Assembly: GCA_900088475.1 (NCBI GenBank)
Contig: FLMG01004216.1
Coordinates: forward strand, 1 to 48,094
Source: Hyphochytrium catenoides
Taxonomy: Eukaryota > Protista > Hyphochytriomycota
Direction: 5' to 3'
Length of the DNA: 48,094 nt
In this document: positions 44,756 through 48,094 of the stretch, piece after piece
Layout of the letters: each line of letters starts with the position of its first letter
Position numbering within the stretch: position 1 is the first letter of the stretch
Position numbers and translations under genes: made by a program
Notes under the pieces: model-generated
The model's database searches: none
What the model was told of the DNA's origin: nothing
What the model saw: only the letters and a program-made list of their open reading frames with translations

Positions 44756-47700
44756 CTATGTCTCCGGAGTCTCTCCTTCTTTCTCTGCCTTTTCTGCCTG
44801 TTGCTGCACCTTCCTCTCCTGCGGTACCAAGCCTTCAATGAAGGACACGGCTGCTTGGTGGCTCCTGCAGCCATGCAGGGTGGATAATAAGGTTCAGCGC
44901 GAAACTAAGGGAGAAAGAGACTATCTGATGCTTACATGGCCGAGTTGAGCTCTCTAAAGGTCCGATGGGTTTCTTGAAATGGGGGGCTAAGAGGCATAGA
45001 GATAAGGAGAGCGCAAGAGAAAAGAAGAGAGACAGAGACAGAGACACAGAACGTCGGAAAATGCCAAGGCTTAGCGTCCGGGTCCTAAGAATTTAGAGGC
45101 GTATGGGAGCTTACAGATGATTCTGGAACTCTTCTTCAGGTAAGAACATCGCGAGAGCTGCCTTTCTCATCTACAGAAGAGTGAAAGTTGGAGGACGAGA
45201 AGGATGTGAGGCGGGTCCGAGAAAGACTAGAGCATTCTGGACCGACAGGAAAGAGGTGTGGCCTTTGAGGGAATGAAGAAAGATGAGAGTCAAGGAGAAG
45301 TGACGAGAAATAGAAAAGCGAGCCCAAAAAGAGGGAGAGCGAGGAATTGAATGACAACGAAAAGAGGAAAGAGAGAGACCGTAGACAAGCCTGGCGAGGG
45401 AGTGACGAAAGGGAGAGCGACAAGAAGGCTCTAGGATCGTAAGGCGAAGGTAATGCTCTACCTCCACATCCATTCCTTGCAAGTTCAAGGCCTTGACCTT
45501 CTCCTCTGCAGACACTCTCTCTTCGTCAAGGCTGACCAGTCTGTGTGGAGAAGGATGTGAGAGGCACATTAGCAGACCCAGTAGCAGAGACAACGACGGT
45601 AAAGAGCACAGAGTGAGCAATGTCCTTCCTAAGAGGGACGACGCGAGGTAGCTTACTTCTGCAGTTGCTTGATGACCCGCAGGCGGTAGAATTCTTCCTT
45701 ACAGATGGGATTGCCTAACAAATGCAGCGCCTGCAAGTTTGCGAGCTGACTCATGCTTCCTGCCTACGAAGGCGAGGGAGAAAGAGTGCGTTTACCAGGA
45801 CAACGGAATAGCCCAGCAGAGAGTGGAGAGAGGGGGCAGAAAGGAGAGAGAGAGGGGGAGAGAGAGGGGAGAGAGAAAGAGAGAGAGCGAGAGAAAGACA
45901 GAGAGAAACAGAGAGAGAGAGTATGAGAATGGCGATCTAGGTTGTTACCTCTTTGATGCTGGTGATCTTGTTCTGGTCAAGCTTGATCTCGCACAACTGA
46001 AGGCACTCCTAAAGAAAGAAAGAGAGACGAAAGCCTTCCTGTCAGGACCTTGACTGCATATGGCTCTTTTTTTTGCCTCTCCTTCCCCCCTACATCACCC
46101 ATCTCTCTTTTCCTCTCAATCCTTCTCTTTATCGCACTGCTCTCTCTCTCTCTCTTTCTCCCACTTTTTCGTCCCCTTGTTCCCATCTTACCCTCTCCAA
46201 CACCGTCGTCTCTCTCCGCCCTTGCAGCAAATACATGCGCTGCTTTCCAAGTGGGGGACACCATTCTCTCCGCTAGACCTCATCACTTTTACCTTCAGCG
46301 GATAGAGGTCGAAGAGCAAATTCTCGCCGACATCCAGCTTCTGAAGTCTGGGCAGCTTCCCGAGGCCCTTGAGGCTGTTTATTCTGTTCTTCCTGAGAGA
46401 GAGAGACTGCAGCGGCAGCCCGTCCAACCCCTGGATCTCTCTTAAGAGGTTACCGTCTAGCACAAGCTCACGAAGATACTTGAGAGTGTCCAGGCCTTGG
46501 ATCTCTTGGATGCAGTTGTTCGAGAGGTTCAGCTCGCGAAGTAAGCTGAGATGGCAAAAAACTAAGTGTGGACCCATATAAAGGGAGGCAATAAGGTCAA
46601 AACAAGAGGAAGTCACAGGAGAGAGAATGGAAAAGAGGGAAAGAGAGTAAAAGAAAGCATATCCAGAGATATGAAGACGGTGCCAAAGAAAGAGAGACAG
46701 AGATCCGGCGAGGGATCCACGGAGAATGCCGTGTATGTAGCTGAGATAGGATCCTAGAGCTAAGAAATGTCGCAGGACAAAGAGAGAGAGGGCGATGAAG
46801 AGATAGACAAGAAGAGTGGAAGAGAACGAAGAAGGCAGCCATACAGATACACAGAGAGAGAGAGACAGAGCATCAGGCTCAACCTATGTCCTTTGAGATC
46901 TCTAATGGCGGCAATCCTATTGTGCGAAAGATTAGCGACCTCCAGCTGCGAGCCCAACTCCTCATCCCCTTGAGAGTTAGCCGCAGACAGACTGCAAAGA
47001 GGTGTCTCAAAGTCTAGCGAGGAGGAGACAAGGCAAGTGAGAAAGAGAGAGTGGGAGAAAGAGAGAGAGTGGGAGGAAGAGAGAGAGTGAAACCTTCTCT
47101 CCTTCTAGAACCTACTGGATCTCTCTCCTCCGCCAATAATAGTGGCAACCATTCCCAACCTTTTCTGTCGCTGGACGGCTGCTGCTTTCTTGTGCTCTCT
47201 CAGATCCCCAAGAGTCTCTCTCACTCTGTCTCTCCTGTCCGATCGTTCTCTGCTTCCTTTCTTCCCATCCCTCTCTCTCTCTTTCTCTCTCTCTCTCTCT
47301 GTCTCTCTGTGTATCTTTCGCTTCTTCCTACCAAGAGCCTCGAGGAGCCTGTTATGACTCGCGTCCAGGGATGTTAGGCGCTGCAGAGATGCGAGAGGAG
47401 CAAGACTTGAGAGCTTGTTGTGCGAGATGTTCACGCTTTGAAGATAGCGGAAGCGCTTGATCCCATGAAGGGTCTCCAGCTCTTTGTGCTAAAAGATGGA
47501 GACAGGGAGAGAAACAGAAGAGAAAGGGAGAAGAGAGAGCAAAGAGACACACACACACACACAAAGAGAGAGAGAGAGAGAGAGAGAGTGAGAGAGAGAG
47601 AGAGAGAAGGAGAGAGAGAGAGATCAACCATGGAAAATAATGGAGTGGTGAAGTTGATTTGCAGAGAACCCAAAGGTAGGGAGTGCGCAGAGGCGGTGAG

Positions 47701-47968
47701 AGTCCAAATAAGAGGCGATAGAGGAAAAGATGGAGGCAGAAGGGAGAGAAGAGAGAGGGAGAGAGAGAGAGAGAAAGAGAGAGAGCAAGAGAGAGAGAGA
47801 GAAAGAGGCAGAGAGAGGGAGAGAATGGTCTACGGAAAGAGGGCCACGGTTTTGGCAGGAGTGTACCTCGAAGTCCAGCTGTCCATAGACATGCTTCAGA
47901 CAGATTGGGTCGCGGGTGACACGCGAGAGACCGCTAGAGAAGTCTGTTTCCGCGTGTCCTAAGTCCAT
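44756..47968 (-). CDS. SDS22-type leucine-rich-repeat protein resembling the LRR half of the ciliary protein LRGUK; no guanylate kinase domain
   Basis: Spliced LRRs: VNISHNKLSSL, LDASHNRL, ANLSHNRIAAI, LNLSNNCIQEIQGL, LVLDGNLLREIQGLDGLPLQSLSLRKNRI, IKLDQNKI; LRRcap LLGNPICKEEFYRLRVIKQLQKLVSLDEERVSAEEKVKALN; short tail to a stop at 44756. The start at 47968 is probable, and an upstream acceptor near 48069 suggests the transcript extends beyond the window. Confidence 0.8.
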
Positions 47969-48094
47969 TTCCCTCCCGCTTTCCTATTTCTCTCGCTTTT
48001 AGTTCTTTGCTCTGCCTCTTTGCCCTTCCGTTGTCCCACTCTCTCGACACTGAAGCGAGAGTGATCACCTGGACAATGAGAAGAAGCTTTCCTT

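Noticed and set aside
45740-45765. Apparent in-frame TGA (possible selenocysteine or readthrough) in the LRR gene
   Set aside because: Using the adjacent upstream acceptor (cgtag|GCA GGA AGC ATG) gives an open frame with no stop.
1-48094. tRNA, rRNA, snRNA genes or transposase/reverse-transcriptase remnants; minC/minE next to minD
   Set aside because: None was recognisable by eye; covariance-model and HMM searches would be needed to exclude them.

Overview
Eukaryotic (protist-like), intron-rich genomic window full of (CT)n/(AG)n microsatellites, with three N-gaps. Most entries in the ORF track are exon fragments or repeat artefacts. Manual splicing gives ten genes: a double AN1 zinc-finger protein (+); a 10-exon, mitochondrion-targeted, proteobacterial-type MinD (-); an NSDHL/ERG26-type sterol 3-beta-dehydrogenase/C4-decarboxylase fused in one exon to a C-terminal cytochrome b5 domain (-); TAPT1/Emp65 with a U12-type AT-AC intron (+); ARFRP1 (-); PIG-N (+); an ~18 kb multi-exon coiled-coil gene of unknown function ending in a CHORD-like zinc domain with a nested extra zinc knuckle (-); ISD11/LYRM4 (-); DNAJC11 (+); and an LRGUK-like LRR protein without the guanylate-kinase domain (-). 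The most notable points are the ERG26-cytochrome b5 fusion, the minor-spliceosome intron and the mitochondrial MinD. Together the genes suggest a flagellated protist that kept several ancestral eukaryotic systems; a stramenopile is a guess. All family assignments come from motif recognition by eye, not from database searches.
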